The notes beneath the pieces are model-generated. The model made no database searches. It was not told the origin of the DNA and was given only the letters and a program-made list of their open reading frames with translations. Made by a program: the position numbers and the translations under genes. A stretch of 64,000 nt of DNA from positions 25,510,816 to 25,574,815 of the forward strand of contig JARDVH010000193.1 of assembly GCA_030324005.1 (NCBI GenBank). Direction: 5' to 3'. Each line of letters starts with the position of its first letter. The first letter of the stretch is position 1. Below, piece by piece: positions 62,255 to 64,000 of this stretch. The DNA is from Negaprion brevirostris (lineage: Eukaryota).

Positions 62255-63300
62255 GCCGGATGACGTAGTGGTCTTAGTTTCAGACAGTGGCATGTCATGT
62301 ACAGTGGAGGAGTTTCAAAAACTTGTCAAATCGAATGGTATTCACCATGTTAGGTTAGCATCTTACCATCCAGCTACCAATAGGTTAGCGGGATGCACTG
62401 TACAAATGTTCAAATCATTAATGAAAAACAAGTTAATAGGCCTTTACCTTTATGTATAGCTAGTTTCTTATTGTCATACACATCATGCCAATTGTGACCA
62501 CAGCTGAGCTATTAATGGGGCGCCACTTGCAGATGCAGTTGGATATGGTATTACCAGATTTGACAGGCAGGTTGGAAGCTAGACAAGCCTCCCAGAAAGA
62601 AAATCTTGACTCAAGAAAAAAAGGCAAGAGTTTTCCAAGTAAATGATTTAGTCTTGGTCAGAAACTTTGCAGCAGAACTGACGTGGGTGACTGGAACGAT
62701 TGTAATGGTGTGGAGATGCCGGCATTGAACTGGGTGAGCACAATAAGAAGTCTCACATCAGGTTAAAGTCCAACAGGTTTATTTGATAGCACGAGCTTTC
62801 GGTGCATTGCATCTTTATCAGATGACTCACCTGATGAAGGAGTGGTTCTCCGACAGCTCATATGACCAAATAAAACTGTTGAACTGTGTTGTGAAATGAA
62901 ACTTCTCACTGGAAAGATTGTGGAAAGAACAGAACTGGTCTCCCATGTTGTAGAGATACAAGGTTGTTGTGTCAAGAAACATGTAGATCATCTGAGGAGG
63001 AGAGTTGGGCATGATACAGGGCTTCAACAGGTGACCTCTGCAGTCAATTCAGGATTGGCTATGGGGATGTTAGTTGTAAATGTGGAACCGGTGCAACCAA
63101 CAGTTTCTGTAACTGAGGAGACAGCAGCTACAGATGAGGATTTTGACTCTGGACCAATGAGTTTGTCTTCTGCAACTGTTTGGCCAGGTTCTTTATTTCC
63201 TTAAGAACGTAGCACAAAATTGAGAGGTTCCATCAGGATCTGGAGGTTCCTGGGATGTCCTTGGACCAACTTAATGAAGTTCCCGGACCAACTTAATGTT
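62255..63300 (+). mobile_element. Gypsy/Ty3 LTR-retrotransposon integrase remnant
   Basis: LVSDSG...EEFQKLVKSNGIHHVRLASYHPATNRLA..TVQMFK is a decayed rve core. The C-terminal VLVRNF...W..G.I and KKHVDHLR motifs follow. Confidence 0.85.
62706..62894. mobile_element. Penelope-derived palindromic element inserted in the Gypsy remnant
   Basis: Imperfect inverted arms 62753-62825 and 62827-62893; same family as 49034-49285. Confidence 0.8.
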
Positions 63301-63779
63301 TGTTTTGATATGAAACACAAAGTGGCATAGTTCTTCTGTTGGCTAATAGGAGGTATTTGGGTTTCTCTTTAAATGTTAACTGTCTCTCGTCATCCTGTAA
63401 CACTCTACTGATAACCTGGCAATTAACTTAAGAGCAGCTTGAATCTGGTGAGCTGACTTAGAATGCCAGTTTGGAGTGAACTGCTCTGGTGCAGAATAGT
63501 GACAAATAGTTCATTCTCTTCAGCTATTGCTGTGAATTTGCTGTAGCGAGACATTATAAACAAAGGAGTCTGATATGAATTTTTGTTTCAAATGTCTCTA
63601 TCTTCATGGGTCTTTAGATGCAGTCCACTTCCAGCCTTCGGGAGATCCTCATCTGACTTAGCATAGAGGTCTGCAACATTACACACTGACCAAAGAAAAA
63701 GCTCCCATTGTGGGGAACCTCATTTCCCACCCTGGTCATACTCCCTCTGACATAGCTAACCTTGAAAGGGATGAGGCTC

Positions 63780-64000
63780 AGGTCATTATCCAGAGGATAC
63801 AGACTAGGCTTAATTGGTAAAAAAACCTAAAGAGAGATTAAGAGAAGTGTTTTTACACTATGAATTGTTATGACTTGGGATATACTGTCTGAAAAAATAG
63901 TGGAACCCGACTCAACTTTCAAAAGGAATTGGTTAAATACTTGAAGGGGAAAAATTTGCAGAGCCATGGGGAAAAGGCAGGGGAGTAGGACTAATTGGAT
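63780..64000 (+). mobile_element. CR1 3' end fragment
   Basis: GTGGAA...AACTTTCAAAAGGAATTGGTTAAATACTTGAAGGGGAAAAATTTGCAG. Confidence 0.65.

Noticed and set aside
63263-63298. 14-bp direct repeat GGACCAACTTAATG
   Set aside because: A small local duplication at the end of a decayed Gypsy element, with no sign of function.

Overview
Eukaryotic, repeat-rich vertebrate DNA from a gapped draft assembly. The repeat content (HE1/V-SINE-like, Deu-SINE-like, CR1/HER1-like, L2, Penelope) points to a shark or other elasmobranch; this is inference. The window holds the 5' end of one host gene on the minus strand, ZFPM1 (FOG-1). Coding exon 1 (54217-54256) encodes the NuRD-binding motif MSRRKQSNPRQIK. A ~46.9 kb intron 1 follows, then exon 2 (7179-7310), and the gene continues off the left edge. 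A CpG-rich promoter with two perfect CRE palindromes, an RFX/YY1-like box, an E-box, CCAAT and GC boxes lies at ~54030-54740. Directly upstream is a ~600 bp minisatellite with repeated GATA, E-box and AGGTCA motifs. Intron 1 has several dense WGATAR clusters in repeat-poor islands, which are candidate GATA-responsive enhancers. The rest is decayed transposable elements: CR1, L2, SINEs, an LF-SINE-like relic, Harbinger elements including a split Myb/SANT pseudogene, a Gypsy integrase remnant, and Penelope ends with degenerate minimal hammerhead cores. Almost all ORFs in the supplied track are spurious or TE-derived. I found no convincing novel multi-gene system. The best leads are regulatory features and possible isoform-control features of ZFPM1. 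Repeat boundaries were read by eye and are approximate.
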